From a virus (lineage: Duplodnaviria; Caudoviricetes), in IMG/VR virus record IMGVR_UViG_3300007775_000003, positions 1 to 50,805 of that record: 50,805 nucleotides of DNA; one strand, given 5' to 3'. The stretch's first letter is position 1. Each line of letters starts with the position of its first letter. The notes under the pieces are model-generated. The model did not search any database and was not told where the DNA came from. It saw only the letters and a program-made list of their open reading frames with translations. The translations under genes were made by a program, and so were the position numbers. This document shows, in pieces, positions 27,391-34,844 of the stretch.

Positions 27391-27645
27391 CTACTCCCAC
27401 GCCGGTTTTCCGGCTTTCTTGTGCGCCGCTGCGCCGGTCGGCGTAGGCGTCTCCAGGTATGCAACCCAACTGGCGCGGTCGATATACCAACGCGAGCCGC
27501 GCTTCTCGGCCTGGATCTTGCCGTCGCGACACAGCCGGCCAATCCAGGCCAGTTCCATGCCCCGCCCCAGCAGGCGAGACAGGGCGCGGGCCTCACCTGC
27601 GTCGAGTGTGGGCTGGGCGAGAAGTTCGGTTTTGGTTTTGCTCAT
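27391..27645 (-). CDS. Excisionase-like/MerR-type HTH DNA-binding protein
   Basis: WIGRLCRDGKIQAEKRGSRWYID; AGGAG RBS. Confidence 0.7.
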   Translation of the reverse strand: MSKTKTELLAQPTLDAGEARALSRLLGRGMELAWIGRLCRDGKIQAEKRGSRWYIDRASWVAYLETPTPTGAAAHKKAGKPAWE

Positions 27646-27693
27646 AGTGGCTCCTGTGTTAGTGGGGGCGGCTTTCACACCGCCCCTGGTTGG

Positions 27694-28032
27694 TTACTTT
27701 ATCAGCCCGACTTGCTTCGCCATCTTGCGGCTGTACTCGCTTAGATCTACACGCATACAAATTAGCCGCACTTCTTCCCGCCATCCCCTCTCAAATTCCG
27801 GGTAACACTCTTCCGGTAAATCCTGATTTTCACGAGCGGCCCGACGCCCCGCTTCAAAAATCTTTTCGTCAATTTCCTTGCGGGCTTCTTTTAGGCTAGA
27901 GCAACTTCCATTTCGCGTCGCCTGAATATACCAACGGCCAAAATAACCAGGGCTAATGCTATCATTACGACCGATTGAATATCCACAGTAGTAATACCCA
28001 CCTGCACACTTAGTCATTTTCGCTTTCATCAT
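27694..28032 (-). CDS. Hypothetical protein
   Basis: GGAGG RBS; AT-richer. Confidence 0.65.
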   Translation of the reverse strand: MMKAKMTKCAGGYYYCGYSIGRNDSISPGYFGRWYIQATRNGSCSSLKEARKEIDEKIFEAGRRAARENQDLPEECYPEFERGWREEVRLICMRVDLSEYSRKMAKQVGLIK

Positions 28033-28078
28033 CCTATCCTCCGTGCTAGTGGGGCTAGTCGCCTAGCCCCTGGGTTTG

Positions 28079-28273
28079 TCACGCAAACATAAACCGTAAC
28101 TCGTCTTCGTCAATCCCGTGTTCCGCCGCCCAGGTCGCATTCTCTGCGACAATTTGGGCGTTGCGGCGCTCAATTTCTTCCTGCTTGCGCTGCTCGGCTG
28201 CGAACCATGCTGCCTGAAACTTCGGTTGGAATTTGCCGCCGTTGGTCTTGCGTGTGGTATAATTAGTGTTCAT
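28079..28273 (-). CDS. Hypothetical protein
   Basis: AAGGA RBS; first gene after the promoter at 28366-28394. Confidence 0.65.
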   Translation of the reverse strand: MNTNYTTRKTNGGKFQPKFQAAWFAAEQRKQEEIERRNAQIVAENATWAAEHGIDEDELRFMFA

Positions 28274-28333
28274 TAGTTTGATGTCCTTAGAAGTGGGGCC
28301 GGAGGTGTTAGCTCACCTATCGGCCTTTTTTTT
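28270..28333 (+). ncRNA. Putative antisense sRNA covering the RBS/start of 28079-28273
   Basis: Extended -10 TGgTATAAT at 28255-28263 and a plus-strand hairpin + T8 terminator at 28297-28333. Confidence 0.5.
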
Positions 28334-28365
28334 GTTGGTTGGCTCGTTTGTTTCCCTATGTCCTA

Positions 28366-28394
28366 AGTATAGCAGAAATCGATACACTTGTCAA
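28366..28394 (-). promoter_or_regulatory. Promoter TTGACA-17-TATACT
   Basis: Near-consensus; shares downstream GACATAGGG with the 22473 promoter. Confidence 0.85.
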
Positions 28395-28406
28395 GTGTTT
28401 TTGTCA

Positions 28407-28456
28407 CGAGTTTTCAAAACTCGCAAAACTGTAAGCTTTTGTTCTAATTTAGAACA
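28407..28456. promoter_or_regulatory. Operator-like palindromes CGAGTTTT-C-AAAACTCG and TGTTCT-N5-AGAACA
   Basis: Matches 22515-22565. Confidence 0.7.
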
Positions 28457-28463
28457 TACAACC

Positions 28464-28497
28464 AAAAAAGCCGCCCTGGTTTTGCGCCAGGGCGGCT
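28464..28497 (-). terminator. Intrinsic terminator
   Basis: AGCCGCCCTGG stem followed by T run on the minus strand. Confidence 0.85.
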
Positions 28498-28583
28498 CGT
28501 GTTCGCCCGTGGCAGCACGGGCACACTCATCATCTTTGCAGCCTAATTTGATTCGATGCCGACGGCCACGGTTGCCCGTGTGT

Positions 28584-28742
28584 CTATGTCATCGCCCTGG
28601 TGGGCGTTGGCAACAGTATCCAACTCCGCGTCGGGATGTAGTCAAACGCGTTGGCCTCATATTTCTGTTCGTCCAAAATGGCCTGTTCGATTTCGGTCAA
28701 TTCGGCGCTGCCATTCAGCGCCATGAGAGCGTTGTTACTCAT
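28584..28742 (-). CDS. Hypothetical protein, possibly an internally deleted remnant
   Basis: AGGAGA RBS; MSNNALMAL...YIPTR then an atypical tail. Confidence 0.45.
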   Translation of the reverse strand: MSNNALMALNGSAELTEIEQAILDEQKYEANAFDYIPTRSWILLPTPTRAMT

Positions 28743-28771
28743 GTGTTTTGGATCTCCTGATTGAATGAAAA

Positions 28772-29023
28772 TTATACAAATCGCATCATGTCGTCTGCGG
28801 CTCGTTCCATGCGCACCACCTGAGTAAAGGTGAGATTGCCGAACGTCCAACAATAGTTCGTTTGGTGCCACTCACGAGCATCCATGTGAGTGGTCATCTG
28901 TCGCTGACCTTTTGTCGTTTTCAGGTCGATACCATGTACGGACTGAGCATGGTCGAAAAATTCGACCATCGTAAATTCTGGTTCATCCTGGCATGTCTGG
29001 CATGTACATACGTTGATGCTCAT
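28772..29023 (-). CDS. Small Zn-finger-like protein
   Basis: CQTC...HAQSVH; AGGAGA RBS. Confidence 0.65.
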   Translation of the reverse strand: MSINVCTCQTCQDEPEFTMVEFFDHAQSVHGIDLKTTKGQRQMTTHMDAREWHQTNYCWTFGNLTFTQVVRMERAADDMMRFV

Positions 29024-29066
29024 GTGGTTTGGATCTCCTGTCGAAAAAGTGAATCGAAATAACGGA

Positions 29067-29246
29067 CTACCTGCGCAGCACCTCGTCAGTTCGCAGCCAT
29101 CGCGGCATCACCGGACGGGGGAACGGCGGCGGGGCTGCTGCCCCCGGCGGCTCTAGCATCCCGGCATCATACATAAGCCAGGCTAGTTGCTGCCAGCGGT
29201 GGCGATGATACCACCACAGGCGGCAAAGTTTTTTGAGTAGGTTCAC
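29067..29246 (-). CDS. Hypothetical protein (59 aa, not in ORF track)
   Basis: GTG start overlapping the upstream stop; MNLLKKLCRLWWYHRHRW... Confidence 0.4.
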   Translation of the reverse strand: MNLLKKLCRLWWYHRHRWQQLAWLMYDAGMLEPPGAAAPPPFPRPVMPRWLRTDEVLRR

Positions 29247-29461
29247 TTTCTTACCGCCTTTTTCGCTACGTCCACAAGCGTGTCATGCTGCGCTACTCCC
29301 TGCACCAGCCCCGGCGGGATGATGCCCAGCGCCCGACACGTCGCAAGGTTGGCGGCGTCCAGATTGGCGATGGCGAGGTCTGCGAGTGCGTCCGCTGTGG
29401 CCGTCGTGACGACAAGCTGGCCGTCTATGGTGTGGCCGGTGGCGATTAGGTGCTTGGTCAT
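29243..29461 (-). CDS. Hypothetical protein
   Basis: Coupled ORF. Confidence 0.6.
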   Translation of the reverse strand: MTKHLIATGHTIDGQLVVTTATADALADLAIANLDAANLATCRALGIIPPGLVQGVAQHDTLVDVAKKAVRK

Positions 29462-29679
29462 GCCAACACCCCCTGCGCTACCAAATACTCACTAGCCTCG
29501 GCCCACGCCTCGGCGCGGTTTGCCTGGTGCCAACCGGCACGCTTCGCCTGTGTCCACATCGGGTTGAGCGCGGCTCCGGCCACGTATGCACGATAGCCCG
29601 CCAAGCGTTCGGCGGCGGCATCTGTGGGGGCGATGAAGCTAGGCGCTTTTGATTGTTTTTGCAATTGTACGACTGTCAT
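29458..29679 (-). CDS. Hypothetical protein
   Basis: AAGGAGA RBS before MTVVQLQ. Confidence 0.6.
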   Translation of the reverse strand: MTVVQLQKQSKAPSFIAPTDAAAERLAGYRAYVAGAALNPMWTQAKRAGWHQANRAEAWAEASEYLVAQGVLA

Positions 29680-29757
29680 GATAAAATCTCCTTGCTTAAC
29701 AAACCTCATTCTTCCGACGCCCGGCTCATTGGCCCTAACCAATGAGCCGGTTCGCGT

Positions 29758-30306
29758 TTATCGCTTGCGTTCTGCCAAGATGGCGGGCAATTCAGCCGTC
29801 AGGCGTTCACGCATGGCGGCAGTAATGGCGGTTAGCTCGCCCTTCAGCATACCTTCCATCTTCGAGGTAACTACCGCATTGCACGCCCATTTCCAGCGCG
29901 ACTGGCCTGAATAGCTCGTTGCATCCCCGCTGCTGTCAACCTTTTCCTCCAGGAATTTCGCCGCCTTCTCTCGCAGCAGGTCGCGCACGGTCGTTATTTC
30001 GCCGGTCGGCTCGCCCCATTCATCTGTTGGCTGAACCTTGCCGGCCAATGCTTCTGTTACGATGGCAGACAATTGGCGGTCAATTTCGTGCTTGATGCTG
30101 TTGCGTACATCCTTCTGGATTTCGTGGCGCAAATTTTGGAACAACTCACGCGCCGTTGCCTGTACAATGTCGGAACGGATGCCGATACAGATAGCCTCCA
30201 TGTCCAAACTGACATTTACGGCGCTGGGATACTTCGGCGCTTCGTCCGACACTTCGGTCGTACCTGGTGCAAAATCCTGTTCGTCAAAATCGGGTTCGTC
30301 GTACAT
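29758..30306 (-). CDS. Hypothetical helical protein
   Basis: AGGAGA RBS; TDEWGEP motif. Confidence 0.7.
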   Translation of the reverse strand: MYDEPDFDEQDFAPGTTEVSDEAPKYPSAVNVSLDMEAICIGIRSDIVQATARELFQNLRHEIQKDVRNSIKHEIDRQLSAIVTEALAGKVQPTDEWGEPTGEITTVRDLLREKAAKFLEEKVDSSGDATSYSGQSRWKWACNAVVTSKMEGMLKGELTAITAAMRERLTAELPAILAERKR

Positions 30307-30351
30307 TGTGATTCTCCTATTGAATGAATGTTGGTTGAATGCCGGTTCGCG

Positions 30352-30561
30352 TTACGCCGCCAGTTTCGCCCGCAACCGCGCTTGGTCGGCGCGCGCCTGC
30401 ATGTGCTCCGATTGCCCAGCCACGTAGCCGTCGCGCTCGGCGTCGGTGGCGCAGCGGCTGTATGGCTGATTGGTCGCGTACAGGCGGCGGCCATATTTGC
30501 GCGCCTCAACCGTCGTCAGCGCGCCCAGGGCGTCTGCGAATTGACCTAGTGTTGTGATCAT
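30352..30561 (-). CDS. Hypothetical protein
   Basis: ORF in the leftward operon. Confidence 0.55.
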   Translation of the reverse strand: MITTLGQFADALGALTTVEARKYGRRLYATNQPYSRCATDAERDGYVAGQSEHMQARADQARLRAKLAA

Positions 30562-30564
30562 GTC

Positions 30565-30711
30565 CTATTTCCCCTTCTTGGCTTCTTCGACCGCTTTCTC
30601 GGCGGCCTTGACCAAATTTCGGTGATCTTCAACGGTCGCGGGTTTCTCCGCGGCCTTGTCCAGTTTGCCCTGGACATCCTTGTCGTCGGTCTTGGTATCG
30701 AAGTAAATTAT
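30565..30711 (-). CDS. First gene of the leftward operon, apparent ATA start
   Basis: AAAGGA RBS 9 nt before ATA; open frame IYFDTKTDDKDVQGKLDKAAEK... with phage-like codon use. Confidence 0.5.
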   Translation of the reverse strand: MIYFDTKTDDKDVQGKLDKAAEKPATVEDHRNLVKAAEKAVEEAKKGK

Positions 30712-30792
30712 TGTCTATTGTCCTTTCGCTTGGCCCCGTTTTGCGTGACTACACCGGGCGGGGCTTCGTTTTGTTTGCGGTCGGGGTGATTT

Positions 30793-30881
30793 ATTTCCCT
30801 ACGGTCAATCTTAGCATTGGTTCCGCCGGATGTCAAGCGTTTTTAGTACCAATTTTCCCTACGGTCAATAATTTTAAGGTT
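30793..30881 (-). promoter_or_regulatory. PL-like promoter TTGACA-17-TAAGAT (30836-30808) with two operators (A/T)TTTCCCTACGGTCAAT
   Basis: Operators at 30793-30809 and 30853-30869, 60 bp apart. Confidence 0.85.
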
Positions 30882-31005
30882 AAAAAAATTCCACCCGCAT
30901 TTTTGCAGGTGGAAAAAGAAGGATTTACGGATTCCTGACGATTATTATTGTATACTCCGCTCTGCAATCAATCGTTAGGAATCAAAAATGAAAAATAACG
31001 CAGAC

Positions 31006-31605
31006 TCATTCCGCCAACTCACGCCAGAGCAGCGGGCGGCTATACTGAGTAGCCTCCGCGACATTGCCGCCGACATCGTTACTGAGGACATGCAACGTCG
31101 TGCCGTCACCAGCGGGTACTTCGCCGGGCGGCATCAAACGACGTTCGATCTGCCGGGCCACGTTCGCACCCGCAACCTCGCCAATTAGTTTGATTAGCGC
31201 ATTATATTCTTGATTTTCCGCCTCGAATTTCGAGCGGATTGATTGCGCCTGCGCCAAGACGACTGCACGATATTTTGGCGGTAGATCATCGACCAGGCGC
31301 GCCACCTCGTCTGCCTCTTGCGAAAAATAGACCGGTTCATCCTCTTTCCTCCTGTATGGGTTCTCCGCGCCCTGGCTAGGCACAAGCCAATCGATGGATA
31401 CGTCAAGCTCGCGCGCCAGGGCGATGAGCGTCTCCATGGATGGGTTTTTTTGATCGTGTTCGATTTTCGACAGCATGGCCGGCGAAATTTTCGCACGGCT
31501 CGCCAACTCTTTGCTTTGCCAGCCCTTGATCCTATCCCTGGCGAAACGCACCCGCTGACCCGTAGTCGTCAAAAAATCCTCGATATTCGACATGACCGCA
31601 ATCAT
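31006..31605 (-). CDS. XRE-family HTH repressor (cI-like)
   Basis: ELASRAKISPAMLSKIEHDQKNPS...LDVSIDWL; divergent from a cro-like gene; AGGAG RBS. Confidence 0.85.
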   Translation of the reverse strand: MIAVMSNIEDFLTTTGQRVRFARDRIKGWQSKELASRAKISPAMLSKIEHDQKNPSMETLIALARELDVSIDWLVPSQGAENPYRRKEDEPVYFSQEADEVARLVDDLPPKYRAVVLAQAQSIRSKFEAENQEYNALIKLIGEVAGANVARQIERRLMPPGEVPAGDGTTLHVLSNDVGGNVAEATQYSRPLLWRELAE

Positions 31606-31642
31606 AATCCACTCCTGATAAAAGTTGACCAACCTTAAAATT

Positions 31643-31719
31643 ATCGACCGCGGGGAAATTTGCTCTTAAAAATGCTTGACATTGAGGCTTGCATGGTGTA
31701 AGATTTCCCGTAGGTCAAT
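31643..31719 (+). promoter_or_regulatory. PR-like promoter TTGACA-17-TAAGAT (31676-31704) with two operators
   Basis: ATCGACCGCGGGGAAAT at 31643-31659 and ATTTCCCGTAGGTCAAT at 31703-31719. Confidence 0.85.
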
Positions 31720-31742
31720 TATTTTCACACGGGGGGGTCATC

Positions 31743-31955
31743 ATGGCAATCGGGCATCGAATCAGAACGCTTCGCGAAGAGCGCAACTTGAAACAATACG
31801 AACTGGCCGAACGGATTCGAGCCAGCGGACAAAAAATCTCGATCAGTTTCTTGTCGAAGATCGAGACCGGACAAAAAAATCCGTCGATCCACGTCGCCAC
31901 GGCTATCGCCGCCGCGTTGGCTGTGACTCTGGACGACATTGTATCGGTCAATTAG
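31743..31955 (+). CDS. Cro-like XRE HTH regulator
   Basis: IRTLREERNLKQYELA...SFLSKIETGQKNPS; 70 aa. Confidence 0.85.
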   Translation: MAIGHRIRTLREERNLKQYELAERIRASGQKISISFLSKIETGQKNPSIHVATAIAAALAVTLDDIVSVN

Positions 31956-32271
31956 CCACCAGGACGCCCACGCGCGTAGCCTGCCAGGCGGAGCAAGGCC
32001 GCCGGTGGTGTTTGCAGTTGCTTCCTCCTTGTGTTTTGTGTGGGTGTGCCGTTCCGTAGCCACGCGGACAAGGTTGTGCAAGCCAACCTGCGGCAACTTG
32101 CTCCGGTGTTCGTTTTCATTGATCTTGCTGTCAGCTTATCTCGGACGGCACCGGGGCAAAAATTGACCGCCAGGGGGTGAAGCCTGACGGCCGGGGTGAT
32201 GAATAGAGGTTGTGTGGGTGGGATATAGGCGGCTCCTCAAAGTTTCTGCATTGTTAACCATTGCCGCCCAC

Positions 32272-32300
32272 AAAATAGCACTACATCGCCGCCCCGTCAA
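32272..32300 (-). promoter_or_regulatory. Possible leftward promoter TTGACG-17-TATTTT (PRE-like position)
   Basis: Hexamer match with extended TG; points through cro towards cI. Confidence 0.45.
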
Positions 32301-32340
32301 GCAATTTCGATAAATTTTGACCAACGTAAGGTAAACCGTA

Positions 32341-32631
32341 ATGTCAGAGGGTCAAGCATTATTTTATTTATTTGTAGCCTCAGTGCCTTACGCCGGTCTG
32401 GTCGCCCTTTTTCGCTGGCAGCTTCCCGGCCACAAAATCACCCCGTTCTTTGTCGTTGGCGGCAACCTGCTGATTATCGCCTTCGCATTTCCAATCATCG
32501 GTCAAGATAGCGCAATTTTCCTGTTCAAGCTGAACGCGGTCGCGGCTGTGGGCGTCTGCGTTGAATACTACGTTTCGGCCTGGTGCATGGAACAACGTAA
32601 GCGCCGACGACAGCAGGAGAATAAGTTTTGA
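32341..32631 (+). CDS. Three-TM membrane protein
   Basis: Three hydrophobic segments and a basic C-terminus. Confidence 0.65.
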   Translation: MSEGQALFYLFVASVPYAGLVALFRWQLPGHKITPFFVVGGNLLIIAFAFPIIGQDSAIFLFKLNAVAAVGVCVEYYVSAWCMEQRKRRRQQENKF

Positions 32632-32927
32632 CACGGCCACAGCGACAATCTGACTATAGGCCGCTAGTTGGCGGGCAGAAGTGGAATGAACTGGTGGCGG
32701 ATTTGCTGCGCACCGAGCATGAGGAAAAAGACAACCTGATGGCGCAGCAGGAAGCCATTTTAGAACTGTTCAAATTGGCGAGCAATAAAACGACGCAACA
32801 ATTTTTGTTTGAACTGAGTACGGCACAAACCCGCCTGATTGCGTCGAAGCTGCGCCGTATCGAATCACTGTACACGTTGCTGGCAATGCGCGAGCGGCCA
32901 GCGGATGACGACAAAGGCGCAACGTAG
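32628..32927 (+). CDS. Hypothetical helical protein
   Basis: AGGAGA RBS with TTG start. Confidence 0.6.
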   Translation: MTRPQRQSDYRPLVGGQKWNELVADLLRTEHEEKDNLMAQQEAILELFKLASNKTTQQFLFELSTAQTRLIASKLRRIESLYTLLAMRERPADDDKGAT

Positions 32928-32939
32928 CGCCGGGGGGCA

Positions 32940-33689
32940 GTGATGGCGACATGGCAAGTGATGAGTTACGGGGGCGGAATCCAGTCCGTCGCCATGATTG
33001 CGCTCGTGCTACAGGGCAGACTGCCCCGGCCCGACCGCATCCTGATTGCAGACACCGGGCGCGAGAAGAAAAGCACCTGGGACTACCTGAACGAAGTGGT
33101 GCAGTCTGCGCTGGCGACGGTGGGGCTGCACGTCGAGATTGCGCCACACTCGCTGGCGACGGTTGACTTGCACGCTGGCAATGGTGATCTGCTCATCCCG
33201 GTTTACACAGCTACCGGCAAGCTGCCCACGTTCTGCTCGAACGAATGGAAGGAGCGCGTCATCCAACGCTATCTGCGGGCGGCTGGCTGCGAGGCGTGCG
33301 AATGCTGGATTGGCTACAGCCTCGACGAACAGGAGCGCGCCAAGCGCGCGGACGATCTACAGTGGTATACGCGGCGTTATCCCCTGCTCGAACTCGGGTT
33401 AACTCGCGCTGATTGCCATGTGATTATCAAAGAGGCCGGCTGGCCTCTCCCATACAAATCCGCCTGCTGGATGTGCCCAAATATGGATGATGAGGGTTGG
33501 CGGGAAATGAAGTTACATTATCCCGGCGACTTCCAAAAAGCAGTCGCGCTAGAATCTGAAATTCGAGAATGGGACGACGACGTATGGCTACATGAATCCC
33601 GCCAACCGATTGGGGATGTGATTTTCCAGCCGGGGCGCAAGCGTTCACGGGCTGGAAAATACCAATGCAGTTTCGGATGTTTTGTGTAG
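32940..33689 (+). CDS. PAPS reductase-family (PP-loop) protein
   Basis: SYGGGIQS, ADTGRE, YPLLELG, KSACWMCP, C-terminal CxxxC. Confidence 0.8.
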   Translation: MMATWQVMSYGGGIQSVAMIALVLQGRLPRPDRILIADTGREKKSTWDYLNEVVQSALATVGLHVEIAPHSLATVDLHAGNGDLLIPVYTATGKLPTFCSNEWKERVIQRYLRAAGCEACECWIGYSLDEQERAKRADDLQWYTRRYPLLELGLTRADCHVIIKEAGWPLPYKSACWMCPNMDDEGWREMKLHYPGDFQKAVALESEIREWDDDVWLHESRQPIGDVIFQPGRKRSRAGKYQCSFGCFV

Positions 33690-33718
33690 GCGCACCGCAG
33701 CGCCGGGAGGGGGCAGTG

Positions 33719-33928
33719 ATGGCGACAAATCGAATACCGATCAGTGAAACGATGCGCAATGCGTTTAAGCAGCGTGACGAACCACGCCCCAAAACGCTAT
33801 GCGCCAATTGCGTGTACGCCCTACGCCCGTGGGGAGTGTGTGACGATCTGCACGCGCCCCTGGTGCGGATTGCTGACGGGCGGCATCTGATCGTCAGATG
33901 CGACGGGCAGATGCCGGTGAAGCCGTGA
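33719..33928 (+). CDS. Small Cys-rich protein
   Basis: CANC...C...C; GGAGG RBS. Confidence 0.55.
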   Translation: MATNRIPISETMRNAFKQRDEPRPKTLCANCVYALRPWGVCDDLHAPLVRIADGRHLIVRCDGQMPVKP

Positions 33929-34167
33929 CTCGCCTAATCATTGCCGGTCTATTCCTCCTGCTGCTCTGCCTACTCAGTAGCAGTACGAACGCTCGCGAGT
34001 CCAATATCGTCACCCAGGAGCGCGTCGCCATTTGCCCGGACGCACTCAGCCCCTGGGGCGTCCGGGTGGAGTTCAAGTCGGGGCGAGTGCTGGTCTATTG
34101 CGCGGACGGCATTTACACGCCGGAGCAGGTGCAGACGGGGCGGCTGTGGGATGAGGGGACGAGATAA
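33925..34167 (+). CDS. Small secreted/membrane-anchored protein
   Basis: MTRLIIAGLFLLLLCLLSS N-terminus. Confidence 0.55.
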   Translation: MTRLIIAGLFLLLLCLLSSSTNARESNIVTQERVAICPDALSPWGVRVEFKSGRVLVYCADGIYTPEQVQTGRLWDEGTR

Positions 34168-34207
34168 TTATCGTATCTGATAAGTTTAAATTATCAGATA
34201 CGATAAT
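34167..34207. other. Perfect 17-bp inverted repeat with a 7-bp spacer (tyrosine-recombinase-site-like)
   Basis: ATTATCGTATCTGATAA-GTTTAAA-TTATCAGATACGATAAT. Confidence 0.6.
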
Positions 34208-34253
34208 ATGCCATGTACAGGGTTTGTACAATGACAGTTAGAGGATTTGTAGA

Positions 34254-34844
34254 ATGACCAACATCGTGACCGGCGACAACTATCCGAAAAAATATGGCGT
34301 AATCATTGCTGATCCACCGTGGAACTATAACAACGCTAGATGTCGTGGTGCAGCCGAAAACATATATTCAACTATGACGGTTGACGACATTTGCGCCCTA
34401 CCAGTTGAGTCATTAGCCGCTGACGACTGCGTTTTGCTTGAGTGGTGTACATGGCCCCAAATGCAAGAGGGTTTGCGAGTTATGGAGGCGTGGGGGTTCA
34501 CCTATACAACCGGATTCCCCTGGGTAAAGGTGACGGACGTAAGCAAAACATTGTGGGACGAATTGACTATCGATGTTCCATACGGCATCGGGTTCTGGGC
34601 GCGTGGCTGTACTGAGTTCGTCCTAATCGGCAAGCGGGGCAACCCAAAGCCGCCACCTAATGGTTTTATCGGGTTGTTGTCTCCTAACCTGCACCATAGC
34701 CGCAAGCCTGACAGTGTCCACCATTACGCTATGTCAATGCCTGGGCCATATTTGGAGCTTTTCGCACGCCGCTCATTCCCTGGATTTGACGTGTGGGGCA
34801 ACCAGATAGAGAGCGCTCCATTGTTTGCAGAGATGACGCAATGA
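34254..34844 (+). CDS. MT-A70-family adenine methyltransferase
   Basis: IIADPPW, WGFTY, HSRKP, LELFAR, WGNQ. Confidence 0.9.
   Translation: MTNIVTGDNYPKKYGVIIADPPWNYNNARCRGAAENIYSTMTVDDICALPVESLAADDCVLLEWCTWPQMQEGLRVMEAWGFTYTTGFPWVKVTDVSKTLWDELTIDVPYGIGFWARGCTEFVLIGKRGNPKPPPNGFIGLLSPNLHHSRKPDSVHHYAMSMPGPYLELFARRSFPGFDVWGNQIESAPLFAEMTQ

Noticed and set aside
34167-34207. Protelomerase telRL site or intrinsic terminator
   Set aside because: It has a 7-bp asymmetric spacer, no protelomerase gene is present, and the AT-rich stem lacks a T tail.
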